DNA of 34,644 nt from Octopus bimaculoides (taxonomy: Eukaryota). The notes under the pieces are model-generated. The model was given only the letters and a program-made list of their open reading frames with translations, was not told the DNA's origin and searched no databases. Each line of letters starts with the position of its first letter. Positions within the stretch are counted from its first letter, which is position 1. Below, piece by piece: positions 22,807 through 34,644 of this stretch. The translations under genes were made by a program, and so were the position numbers. Location of the stretch: NCBI RefSeq assembly GCF_001194135.2, contig NC_068989.1, positions 6,469,823 to 6,504,466 on the forward strand, given 5' to 3'.

Positions 22807-24087
22807 AACAACAAACAAGATGAAGACAAATATCCGTCAAATGTAAATAATGTACATAATTCCTCATCTCTTAAATATAGAAATGCATTTACTATGGTTT
22901 AAGGAATTTCATAGCGGCACAAGACTAATATATCGCTTTTGATGAAATCAAATACTTTCTTGAAGTCAATAAACGTTAGACACGGTTTGTGAGTTACAAA
23001 TGCCTAGCTAACTGACTAACTGTGAGAACTTGGTGATGATAAAATAAACGACTGACTTATAGAGATGAAAAAAATATTATATTTATAACCCTCAAATTTT
23101 GATATATTGATCAACAGCCTCGCCTGGAACTAGTTGTAATGGAATCGTATCACTGACCAGGTCGCAGTTAGCGTGACGAAAATTTTGACACCAAATAATA
23201 AATGTTTAAGTGAGGTTTAAGAGTCTTTGTGTGTTTTTGAATGGTTAATGTGTGTCCTGCACGCTGTAATTGTTTCAGTTTCAACATACGGCCTCAGATG
23301 AAACCAAATGCCGGGCAAGTACATCGAAATAAATGTAATGTTTATTGGAAACGGATTAAATCACTTGTCAAGCAAGTACTTCTCCCGAAATAAATGTAAT
23401 ATTTATTGGAAACCGTTTGCCTTTGAAACCAGCTGTGATCCTTCACAAGATATGATTTTTCTAGGAACAACATCTCCCCTGTAGGAATCCCGCTTTGTTG
23501 TTCTCGACGATAGAGTCAATATAAATACAAATCCCTTGCGACAAGATTTTATTGTAAATTGTAGTTGTTATTAACATTAACGAGATTCCTCTGTAATTGA
23601 TCATAAATATGAGGTTTCTTTTGTTTGGCGGTGGCGCGTTAATGCTGAGAGTTAAACATTATCGCGCCGATCCACCGGTAGTATCAGAGGAGAGAATACT
23701 TCTGTACAAAAACGGTGGACCACGTCAAACATTGCGTTTCTGTCTCCCTTGCGACTCATATAATTAGTACTGTGAAAACTGAATACATCTCAATTAGCTA
23801 TGAAGCCGAGCTTCTTGTGTGACTATATTGGCGATGTACTAAAGGAACTCAACGAATCCAGATATTTTGGATCTGCGTTATTCAGTGAATTTAAATGAAA
23901 AAGTAAGAGAGCGCCAGCAAGGGGCGCAATCTAGGAACTGGAGTGAATTTGCCAAAAACTTCAATCTTCCAGTCTATACAATTTCAAATTATTAAACATC
24001 AAATATGTTATAGTAGCTAAAAACAAAAACACGGGGAATGACAACAACTCAAGTGGATGGTCGAATTGTTTAAGAACAATGCTCAGC

Positions 24088-24521
24088 AAGGCGGTGAGCT
24101 TGGAGAAACATAAGCACGCCGGGCGATAATGCTTAACGGTCTTTCGTCTGTCTTTACGTTCTGAGTTCAAATTCAGCCGAGGTCGACTTTGCTTTTCATC
24201 CTTTCGGGGTCGATAAATTAAGTACCAGTTGCGTATTGGAGTCAATATAATCGACTGAATCCCTTTGTCTGTCCTTCTTTGTCCCCTCTATGTTTAGCCC
24301 CTTGTGGGCAATAAAGAAATAAGAAACGTTAGCACGCCGGGCGATAGTGCTTAACGATCTTTCGTCTGTCTTTACGTTCTGAGTTCAAATTCCGCCGAGG
24401 TCGACTTTGCTTTTCATCCTTTCGGGGTCGATAAATTAAGTACCAGTTGCGTATTGGGGTCGATCTAATCAACTGGCTTCCCTTCCCCAAAATTCCGGAC
24501 CTTGTGCCTAGGGTAGAAAAG
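24088..24521 (+). mobile_element. Dimeric SINE (tail-A unit followed by tail-B unit)
   Basis: Two near-identical bodies containing ttttcatcctttcggggtcgataaattaagtaccag; junction at 24304-24332. Confidence 0.9.
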
Positions 24522-24640
24522 TATCTTCTCTTTCCCGTAGCCACAATTACAGGTAAACACATAGCGTGATGTCCTAGCACATTGTGTTCCGGGTGACGAA
24601 CCGACTATACGCCATTTAACCCCTACCCCCACCCCCAGTG

Positions 24641-24966
24641 AAGGCTCGTAGCTTAGTGATTGATATTAGGCTCGCGATCATAAGGACGTGAGTTCAATTC
24701 CCAGCGACGCGTTGTGCCCTTGAGCAGGGTACTTTTTTTCTCCTTGCTCTAGCCCAGTTTGCTAGGAAAAATGAGTTGTACCTGTATATCAAAAGACCAG
24801 CCCTGTCATATTCTGTGTCAAGCTGAATCTCCCTGAGAATTATATTCAGTTCTCAGGTATGCGTGTCTGTGGAGTGCGCAACCACTTGCACATTAAATTC
24901 ACGAGCAGGCTTTTCTATTGATCGGATCAAGTGGAATCTTCCACCGTCGTAAGCGACGGAGCGCCA
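24641..24966 (+). mobile_element. V-SINE-like tRNA SINE, full length
   Basis: A/B boxes (tagcttagtg, gagttcaattccc) and gcgttgtgcccttgagcagg. The 3' module matches the reverse complement of 9150-9330. Confidence 0.8.
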
Positions 24967-25590
24967 TTTTTTTTTTCTTTTTTAAACCCTGGTTTTTCTC
25001 AATACCTGAATAAACTGAAAGGCATTGACGCAGACGAAATGTTTGCGGTATTTAGTTAGGTTCCGCATTAATAAATCTAGTCGGCGATGACTGCGGCAAA
25101 CATCACTTTAAAGTTGATAAAATAAATATCAGTCAAATAAGTATTGGAATCGATGCCATTGATTATACACCCACTCGGTAAATTGTGACCTTGAGTTAAC
25201 GCCAGAAGATCGATAGTAGAAACTCGTTGCTGTGGTTTCGCTTCCGGTCAACTCTGATTCAACTGACCTGTGATGAAAAGCGTTCCACCTGTGATTATCA
25301 CATCGGATATATCATATAAGCCGGACAAAATTCTTTAGGGGCAATATACCTTTGAACATAAATCCATTCTAGTGAAGGCGCAAGGCCTGAAACTTGAATG
25401 CGTTACTGTATGTAAAGCGCCAAGGCCGGTTTCTTCCGATGGTCCATTTTACGGTATATTTCCCCAAAACTACCATCCGATGTTACGGTTTATTTCCTGG
25501 CTACTTAGAGTGTAAAATCACAATTCTGATAATAAACGTACTGAATGCCCTAATTATTCGTTTTCCTTACTATCACTCTGTGTGTGTGCG

Positions 25591-25642
<52 letters not shown>

Positions 25643-25903
25643 ACAGAATGAGATATAAAAAAATACCAAGGCAGTAAATAGATTTCATAACATTACTGCG
25701 TTGGTTTTTTTCTAATCTCATTCTGTCACTTTATATATATATGCATGCTAATACATGACCCACGTTAGACTCCTCTCTCGTAACATTATCGAGCTTGAGC
25801 TTAACCATGGTCTATCCATAGCACTTACTTAGCGTTTACCCGATACCTCTTGGGTCTTCCTGACACCAATACCTTTCATACCCTATATATATATATATAT
25901 ATA

Positions 25904-26200
25904 NNNNNNNNNNNNNNNNNNNNNNNNNNNNNNNNNNNNNNNNNNNNNNNNNNNNNNNNNNNNNNNNNNNNNNNNNNNNNNNNNNNNNNNNNNNNNNNNN
26001 NNNNNNNNNNNNNNNNNNNNNNNNNNNNNNNNNNNNNNNNNNNNNNNNNNNNNNNNNNNNNNNNNNNNNNNNNNNNNNNNNNNNNNNNNNNNNNNNNNNN
26101 NNNNNNNNNNNNNNNNNNNNNNNNNNNNNNNNNNNNNNNNNNNNNNNNNNNNNNNNNNNNNNNNNNNNNNNNNNNNNNNNNNNNNNNNNNNNNNNNNNNA
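25904..26200. other. Assembly gap (N)
   Basis: Direct: N run. Confidence 1.
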
Positions 26201-26400
26201 AATTAGGATAGCAAGATTTTAGAAATGTTACTACCAGAGGCCTAACATGTATACAAAGTCAATAGACAACATGTCTTCCATATAAAATTTTTGTACATTT
26301 AAAGACAAAAGAAGTGACCCTCAACAGGCAGACTTACATTCTAGCATGTAAGGCTGCCTGTTAAGGATCGCCGCTTTTGTGTTTAAATGTACACTAATTT

Positions 26401-26433
<33 letters not shown>

Positions 26434-26662
26434 TTGTGTGTGTGTGTGTGTAACAGATTTTCGTTTAAGATCAAGTTCATTACAGACAGATATCCATACA
26501 CACACACATATATATGCGCGTGCGCACACACACACACACACACACATACACACACGCATGAACACGATTTATTGTATATATTGAACCAGGAAGGGGAAGA
26601 AAGAGAAGCCGTATCGCTTTTTAATGTACATAGCAGAGTGTTTAAATCTATATGTATATATA

Positions 26663-26714
<52 letters not shown>

Positions 26715-27085
26715 TGTGTACAAACAGATGCAGTATACGAAAAAGTAAGCGAAAAAATGCGCAACGCTCTCAATTTTCCGGGTTTCCCTTTAAACTGTGA
26801 CCCTTCTAAATTTCACCTCTTCTTATTGTAAACAGGAAGTGAGTTTTTACTTTGGGTGTGGGAAAGACGAAGAAACGCTTGGAAAGCACAAAAGAGGAAG
26901 AGATACAGAGTGAAGGATGGAAACAGAAATTCCAAGACAAAGGTTTCGAAACTGAGAACATAACAGAATAATGGTTTATAGACGGGCAACGTGGAAGTTC
27001 GAATAATGCGTCTCAAAGACAGAAATCAAAGTAAAAAGAACCAAAAAAACAAAAACAAAAACCCACAATAAAATAAATGAGAAGC

Positions 27086-27250
27086 GCAGCGCAGATATGA
27101 CTCTGTGGTTAAGAAGCTCACTCTGCTGCCGTGTGGTTTTCGGTTCGATACCATTGCAATGCATCTTGGGCAAATGTCTTCTACTGTAGCCCCGGGACGA
27201 CCAATGCCTTGGGAATGGATTCGGTAGAAGGAAACTGAAAGAAGCCCGTT
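27086..27250 (+). mobile_element. Short SINE copy
   Basis: Collinear with 7430-7596. Confidence 0.8.
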
Positions 27251-27255
27251 CTATA

Positions 27256-27640
27256 CTCTTACTTGTTTCAGTCATTTGACTGCAGCCATGCTGGAGCACC
27301 GCCTTTATAGTCGAGCAAATCGACCCCAGAGCTTATTCTTTGTAAGCCTAGTACTTATTCTATCGGTCACTTTTGCCGAACCGCTGGTTTACGGGGACGC
27401 AAACACACCAGCATCGGTTGTCAAGCGATGCTGGGGGGACAAACAGACACCCAAACATACACACACACACACACATATATATATATACATATATATATAT
27501 ATACGACGGGCTTCTTCCAATCTCCGTCTACCAAATCCGCTCACAAGGCTGTGGTCGGCCCGAGGCTATAGTAAAAGACACTTGCACAAGTTGCCACGCA
27601 GTGGGACTGAACCCGGGACCATGTGATTGGTAAGCAAGAT
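27256..27640 (-). mobile_element. Near full-length long tRNA-SINE
   Basis: Reverse complement of the 5467-5957 family with an internal (CA)n(TA)n. Confidence 0.9.
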
Positions 27641-27679
27641 TCTGTCAGCTCCCTACTTTTACAACAACAACAATGATAG

Positions 27680-27880
27680 CCCTTTCTTATATTGGCACAA
27701 GGCCTGAAACTTTTGGGGAACGGGGTCTAGTCGATTACATCAACCCCAATGCTCCACTGATAGTAATTTCATGGATGTGAAAAGGGTGAAACGCAAATTC
27801 GCCTTTAAGCGGAATTTGAACAGAGAACGTAAACAGCCGGAAGAAATGTCGTCTGCTGCGGCTACGATTCTGCCAGCTTT
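27680..27880 (-). mobile_element. Diverged SINE of the tail-B family
   Basis: Homologous to 13772-13954. Confidence 0.7.
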
Positions 27881-29183
27881 TTGCTTTAACAACAACAGTA
27901 ATAACAACAACAAGAAACCACCCCACCCCCATCCTACACACACACCTGTCAAGGAAATCCTTGGAAAGAATAATAAAAAAAATAAATAGAAAGAGAATCA
28001 TTCCACCCACTCCTAAAAGACGAACGAACAAAGGAAAAGACCTCGGCAATGACGAAAATTAATGGCGTATTTCTTATTTGCTTAGAGCTAAGGGAACGAA
28101 GCAGGAAACAAGCAATTAGCCGATCTCCTACATAGTTTCGTGTTAAAAGGTGTGCTTGTCAGATAAGACAATCGACTGACTTGCGATGTTTCATGGCTTG
28201 CTAACCTCGTTTGTCACTTACTCTGTGATATATGCAGACAAAAATAATAGGATAAATATTTATTTATTCCATGGACTAAATGCGCTGGAATCAATTACGA
28301 GATTTCATTATTGCTGCTGTTGTTTTTCTTGCTGTTATCACCACCACCATCATCATCATCATTATCATCTGGTGAGCAGGGACCATCCATCAATCAGTAC
28401 ATTCTTATTTCATTCCTAAAGTTTGTTATTTGTTTTTCGTTTGGTTTGGTCAAGAGAAGCAACTGTATGTGTTGTGCGAGTGTGTGTGTGTATGTATGTG
28501 TGTATGCATACTACGCGCGCGTGCGCGCACACACACACACACACACACACGCACACATTATTTTATTTAAGCCGAAAAAACCTCTCAAACTGTGCCTCTG
28601 AGTTCCACGTGACCGTTCATTAGACAGGTGTGATAATACAGACTATTATAAATATGGGTGGTTAATTCGCAATTTTACGACGTAAAGGCAGAAATATATA
28701 CGTCACTAAAGGGAAGAAAGGGCACAAATGAGCACCAGTATTGCTAGAAATAGGAGTCAAAACAACTTAGTAGCCAACAAAAGCTCTATCTTATTTAGCT
28801 AACAAGGGAGGGGTGCAAGTTATAAATATTTAATGCATCGATTTTATAAATTCCATCCAAGGATCATTGTTATTATGGATTTATTTCTGGATCTATTACG
28901 TCACACGAAATAACTTCTAAAATACGAAATTTTGTCAAAAACGTTCGAAGTAAACCGTGTTCTACGTGAGACATTCTACCAGTATTCAAAGTTTCAAACT
29001 GTTTAGTTGAAAAAAAAAATTTTTTTATCTATGATTGAGATGGAATAGATCCGTTATCCGACATTATATCGGTACAGCTTGATGCAACCACAAAAACTGG
29101 TTTGCCAGTCAGCATCATTAGATTGTGGCCGGCATAATGGAATCGGAGTTTAATTTGCATATTCAAAACGTTTGCCGTAAACA

Positions 29184-29228
<45 letters not shown>

Positions 29229-30443
29229 GTTGTTCGAAGTGTGTTTCTTTATATCAAATCTATTATTCAGCGATCTGATATATGTTATTCGATAAAATAT
29301 GTTTCCCACTGAAAGAATTGCAGACGCCTAAATGATCGACCGAAACCTTTCAAAGCTGTGCTCCAGCATGGCATTGGTCCAAGGAATATATAAACATATA
29401 TCTCTTGTTTTGGTCGAGACAGTCGCTTATTACTTTGAGTTTCACTTGTGTGTTCACAGGAATTTCAGGCACGTTATGTCTCTCATAACTTTGCTGTCAT
29501 AACTTGCCTGAAGGTCCTGTACACTCACTGGGAAACTCGGGCTTCACATGTATGTCTACCCGCCTTCACGTGTATGCATGCATGTATGTATGTATGTATG
29601 TATGTATGTCATAATGCACGCAAACTTCTGACCCACGTAAGTTCTGTCGCTTTTTTCTACTTTTGGCGTCGCAACTATAACTTTCAAAATCTTCTATTTT
29701 GGTGACATTATACTTCCGTAACTAAAGCGTAAAATGTTTCAAGTCTTCTGGCTGCCACATATTTAGATCAACGAGAGCACACAAGGCCAACACTAGCAAC
29801 GCTTGCGCTCTCTCCTCTTCATGCATTATAAATAGGCTGATATCCACAGGAAAGCTGCCTACGTATAGAAGAAAACCACCCGCATGAGTGGCAGATATAT
29901 CAACAAACCGAGGGATAACCCCAACCAGTTACAATTATTTCCAAAGATCTCTAATGAATAACGATAATCGCTATTCAGTATCCATTCCACAGACACTGGT
30001 TTAGTAATAAACTACCAATGAAGTTTTTCACCATTAATAACATTTACTTTCTGAAGCTGCTACAATTTGATGATAGCATCACAGCAGTATTCTGTCAGGT
30101 GATACACGAGAAGGATTAAATATACAACTGGAGTAGGCCAGGCATTCATTAGAAAATGATTGTTTGGAAATCGGCCCACACCTGGCAACAATGTACACAC
30201 GCGATTAACTTCCTTAACTTCCTTATCAACACTATGGACATTTGTTTATGGGCGTACGTGGTGTATATACCATATAAAGTGTAATAAATGCAATGGAGCT
30301 TACAACAGGAATACAGTTTGCAAGCTGAACAGCTGCGTTGGATAACATACTTAATAAGGCTGTCCACACAAAATAAATGAATGAATGAATGAATAAACAA
30401 ATAAAAACCCATCATAGTCAAGATATTATAGTCACTATATGTC

Positions 30444-30560
30444 CATTACGTTCTGAGTTCAAATTCCACTGGGATTAAATTTTCATCCTTTCGAGGTCGT
30501 TAAAATAAAGTACCTACCAAGTATTGGGGTCATTGTAGCTGATTAACCTCTACCCCTAAT
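30444..30560 (+). mobile_element. Partial SINE of the 24088 family
   Basis: ttacgttctgagttcaaattcc...ttttcatcctttcgaggtcg. Confidence 0.75.
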
Positions 30561-30904
30561 ATTGCGTTCAATCATAAACACCACGGAACGGAATATTGGT
30601 AATTTGCGGTTTAAAGAAACTAACTATATAATTTAACTCCCTCTGCGAACAACAGACAAGAGTTACGTTATTTTAATTGATTTCTATAAATAACAATACC
30701 AATGTATGTATTTGAACCGCAGCTGGTCCTCATATATCTGCGCCGATCAGAGCTGAGTTTATACTCTGTTATTTTCTCTCTTAATAACAGCTTTTTTTTA
30801 TATTGATATATAAGATAAACGTGTAAAATAGTTGATATTACTCTACTTCGGTATTCACTCCTGAATATCTATCTTGTATTATAGTGTTTTTTCCTAAAAC
30901 TATA

Positions 30905-30942
<38 letters not shown>

Positions 30943-31135
30943 GTCTGTCTGTCTCTTTTTCTCACTCATGCACGTCCAGACACACACACTCATACACATC
31001 TATAAATACACAATGAAGTTCCAATCAACTTCGTTTCACTATCAATTTGACTCAATTCCTAGCATTGTCACGCCATCAATAATTGTAAATGTTCCGTCAC
31101 TATTTTTAAACTTGCTTCAAGATAATAACTCTATT

Positions 31136-31173
<38 letters not shown>

Positions 31174-31884
31174 GCACGCACGCAGACATATTAGAGGGTG
31201 TGTCATTAATTGACCACAATGTTCTTATAACATTTTCATGGAATTGAAAAATTGCCTGCGCGCACATCACGGTACTTGGCGCCCTATAACGACTACATCG
31301 TAGGCTTGAACCTGAAACCTTAATTAAATTGTTATTACGTTAAGCATTGGCGCCACTCCTTGCTGTTTGGTATAAAGGAGAGTAGCCTTTTGACTGACCC
31401 ATTTTCCTCCAGGCTGAAAATATATGAAGGACTAAAATCTATCGAAAGCTCTTATTAAATTCAGAGAAAGTGTTTGTCGCTTACGACTGTCAATAGATGT
31501 TTCGAAATTCTTTTCAAATCTAATCGTAAAAGTATTACGCATTAAGAAGTGACCGGGCACCTGACCAGACGTAAAAGTAATACGCATTAAGAAGAAAGGG
31601 GCCACGTTTCGAGTGGATGATAGTATCAAAGCAGTCCATGATATAGTGAGAAATTTACATGCGAATGTGTGTGTGTGTGTGCATGTATGTAAGTACATAT
31701 ATGTACGTATGTAGAATTGTTACAATATCAGCGTATTCACCCGATGTTCGCTTTTCTTTCTCATAGGTGAGATATTAAGTATCAAGCTGTCAATGTAGAT
31801 CATAGCAAAAACACACCCACACATAGATGAGCGCGACCGCACACACACGCATACACACGCACGCACGCACTTTTATATATGTAT

Positions 31885-32495
31885 GGTGTTATTCGGTTTT
31901 ATTTCAAGATATTTTGCCAGTGGAAAAAGGGCCGGTTTTTAACAGATCCAAGACTCCTTCATTGGAATTTCAACAACATCAACAGGGAATTTTTGTATGT
32001 GTGTATGTACGTACGTATGAATGTAAGTCATTGTTCAGTTCTATTTCAAGATTTCTTGCCAACAGAGAAAGAGCCGGTTTCTAACCGAGATCCAAGGCTC
32101 CTTCACTGGAAATTCAACATCAACAGCAGAGTAATTTTGTTTGTATGTATGTATATGTGCAGATTTGTATGTTTTGCTTTATGTATGTATTCTCATGCAT
32201 ATAGTTACATATCTGGACATGTATGTATGTATATCTGCATGTATATATGTATGTCATTGTTCAGCTTTATTTCAAGATACCTTGCCAGAAGAAAAAGAGC
32301 CGGTTTCTAACAGATCCAAGGTTCCTTCATTGAAATTTCAACAACATCAGCAGGGTATTTTTGTATGTATGCATGTATGTATGTCATTATTCATTTTATT
32401 TCAAGATTTCTTGCCAACAGAGACACAACCGGTTTCTAACCTAGATCCAAGGCTCTTTCAATGGAATTTCAACATCAACAATAGGGTATCTTTGT
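31885..32495 (-). repeat. Four-unit tandem array of LINE-derived 3' ends separated by (TATG)n-like spacers
   Basis: Units start at about 31885, 32027, 32253 and 32383, each with about 110 bp homologous to 16317-16430. Confidence 0.9.
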
Positions 32496-32764
32496 ATGTG
32501 CGTATATACGTACGTATGTATGCATGCACGTATGTATGGGTGTGTATGTATGTGTCTGTATGTTTGTGTATGTATGTACGCATGCATGTAATGATGTGCA
32601 TGCGTGCATGTATGTATACTTGTACGTATGTAAGCAGGTAGGTAGCTAGATAAGTATGTATGTATGTATGTATGTATGTATGTGTGTATGTAGGTAGGTA
32701 GGTGAGTGAATATGTAGGTTAATAGGTAAGTATGTAGGTATGTGCATTTATGTATTGTGTGTTT

Positions 32765-32915
32765 CCACCATCCAAATCCACTCATTCACTCACAAAGCAT
32801 TGATCAGCCTGGAGCCACAGTAGTAGCCATTTGGTCAAAGTGTTACGCAGTGAGATCGAACCCGAAATCACCTGATTGCAAAGCGAGTCTCTTGACCACG
32901 CAGCTATTCCCGCCC
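32765..32915 (-). mobile_element. Diverged short SINE copy
   Basis: ccaaatccactcattcactcacaaagc...cttgaccacgcagct is collinear with 9620-9771. Confidence 0.65.
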
Positions 32916-33368
32916 CTGTATATTCAAGACAAACATTCATATTTTGAAGGAGACGCGAAAGAAACTTAGTACACCAAGATAAAAAATCCTCTCTGAGGCC
33001 CTTCATAAGGACACAAAATTTGGGTGACCATATCATCGATAAAGTTACACTCGGTATAGGTTATCGATCACTTCTTTTCATTCGTCACGACTCTCGACTT
33101 ATAATAATCATAGACACTTTGTAAGAATCATTTAAGGAAAAATTTTTTGAATACTAACGCTACGAGACGCCATATTGAATATATTACAACATGTTTACTT
33201 CCGTCCTGTCTGTTCTTTTGTTTGATGTAAACACGACAGCCAAGGCCGTCCTACACGTTCTCAGTTTAATGCATATATGCGCGTCTGTGTGTCTAAGTGT
33301 ACGTATGTATACATGTGAATCGCTGGCGTTTTCTTCCTCCGTCTTCCTTTTCTATTGAACTTTCCTCT

Positions 33369-33403
33369 GTTTCTGAAGAAGAGCTTTGCTCGAAACGTAA
33401 AAC
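33369..33403 (+). ncRNA. Minimal type I hammerhead ribozyme, second family
   Basis: GTTT-CTGAAGA-A-GAGC-ttt-GCTC-GAAA-CGTA-AAAC. All three stems are intact (stem III is the ACGT palindrome), with a GUA cleavage triplet. Confidence 0.8.
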
Positions 33404-33500
33404 CACCTTTCTTTCCTTCCCTGAGCATCTGCTAATACTTTACATGTACCACGTCCTTGCGTTGCTGTTTTTTTGTGTTTGTTCTTCGTTTTTTTTTATT

Positions 33501-33546
<46 letters not shown>

Positions 33547-34559
33547 GAGGTGTGTTCTTTTAAGAACGTATAAGAGTACAAATAGAGCTCGTTACATAAT
33601 TTAATTTAAACTTAACTTTAAATCCTGTATATACGAGGACCTGTACGTATTGAAACATTTGTAGCGATGTATATATGTTCGTATATATGTGTGTGTATAG
33701 GGGACAACTGATGAAGGGAATGTTCTTTATGTTGCATGTCTCGTTTCTCTGTTTGTTTGTTCGTTTTCTATGTTTTTGTTTTTTATGTTCTCGTTTCCCA
33801 TTTTGTCTACGTTTTTTTTTTGATGTCCTGTACCCATATATGCATGTATATATACATATATATGTAGGTATGTAATACATGTATGTATATATGCATATAT
33901 TTATATATTATATATATATATATAAACATGTATATCTATACACACATAGATATAAACATATCGTTCGTCCACACGTATATATTCGCGTGCATGCATGCGT
34001 CACGCATCCACGAGTGTTGTATCAATTCCCTTGCGTGAATTTAAATAACACCATAAACACGAAACACAAAACATGCACATACATGCTCGAACACGTATCC
34101 ATTGCAACTCAAAACTACAGCTATATATCTTAGTATCCATGTGTGCGTGTGTAACTATTATGTGTCTATATGGATGTGTGCGTTTTTGTGCTATACATTC
34201 AATATATATATATATATATATATGCAGACACACATATATATATATACACACACACACACATATATATATAGAAACACATACAAATATATATACACACACA
34301 GTCATATAAACATATACATACATGCAAACATGCACGAATATATCACAGCTCAAAACCGCATATAATACAATTTACCACCGACAGTCATATTATATGCATT
34401 TACACACGCACGCACCCACACTTACACCCATTCGCGCGCGCGCACCCCCACACATACACACACACACACAGAGGTACTCACATACGTGTAATAAACACAC
34501 AAGCAGTGAAATCGAAACCCATATACACACATATGCACATCTACATATATACACTTTCA

Positions 34560-34579
34560 TTCAAATCTCTCTCTCTCTC

Positions 34580-34644
<65 letters not shown>
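34560..34644. repeat. (CT)n microsatellite; many other (TA)n, (CA)n, (GA)n, (GATA)n, (CATA)n and (AAT)n tracts occur across the window
   Basis: Direct. Confidence 0.98.

Larger units (their letters stand above)
22503..22882 (-). mobile_element. tRNA-headed hammerhead element, copy 2, with an inverted duplication of its 3' (ribozyme) end
   Basis: A box 22740-22750, B box 22696-22705, (AAT)n and hammerhead 22550-22595 (minus). The 91-bp inverted arms 22503-22593 and 22763-22853 have 3 mismatches. Confidence 0.9.

Noticed and set aside
30149-30421. 90-aa Cys-containing minus-strand ORF, vaguely like a GPCR C-tail
   Set aside because: It starts in a (TTCA)n microsatellite, lacks NPxxY and has no recognisable family motif.
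31885-32495. CRISPR-like appearance of the repeat-spacer array
   Set aside because: Eukaryotic context, repeats of about 110 bp, microsatellite spacers, no cas genes, and the repeat matches a LINE 3'UTR.
33708-33760. CTGATGAAG as a further hammerhead
   Set aside because: No downstream CGAAAC or stem III/stem I pairing is visible.

Overview
AT-rich, microsatellite-dense eukaryotic DNA with three assembly gaps. The repeat families look like coleoid cephalopod (probably Octopus) DNA; this is recognition and inference, not a database result. No intact protein-coding gene is confidently identifiable, and most listed ORFs are microsatellite artefacts. The window is a mosaic of tRNA-derived SINEs from several families, three C-terminal remnants of R4/Dong-like (RLE) LINEs, a Tc1/mariner transposase fragment, several non-autonomous DNA transposons and a decayed Penelope-like (GIY-YIG) ORF. 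The most notable signal is a short element present twice (884-1166 and 22503-22882) that joins a Pol III tRNA-like head, an (AAT)n linker and a minimal type I hammerhead ribozyme of the Penelope-associated kind. The second copy has a Penelope-style inverted duplication of the ribozyme end, and an unrelated second hammerhead sits at 33369-33403. Other notable features are a SINE tail that appears to insert repeatedly into heads of related SINEs, and a four-unit alternating array built from a LINE 3' end and TATG microsatellite spacers.
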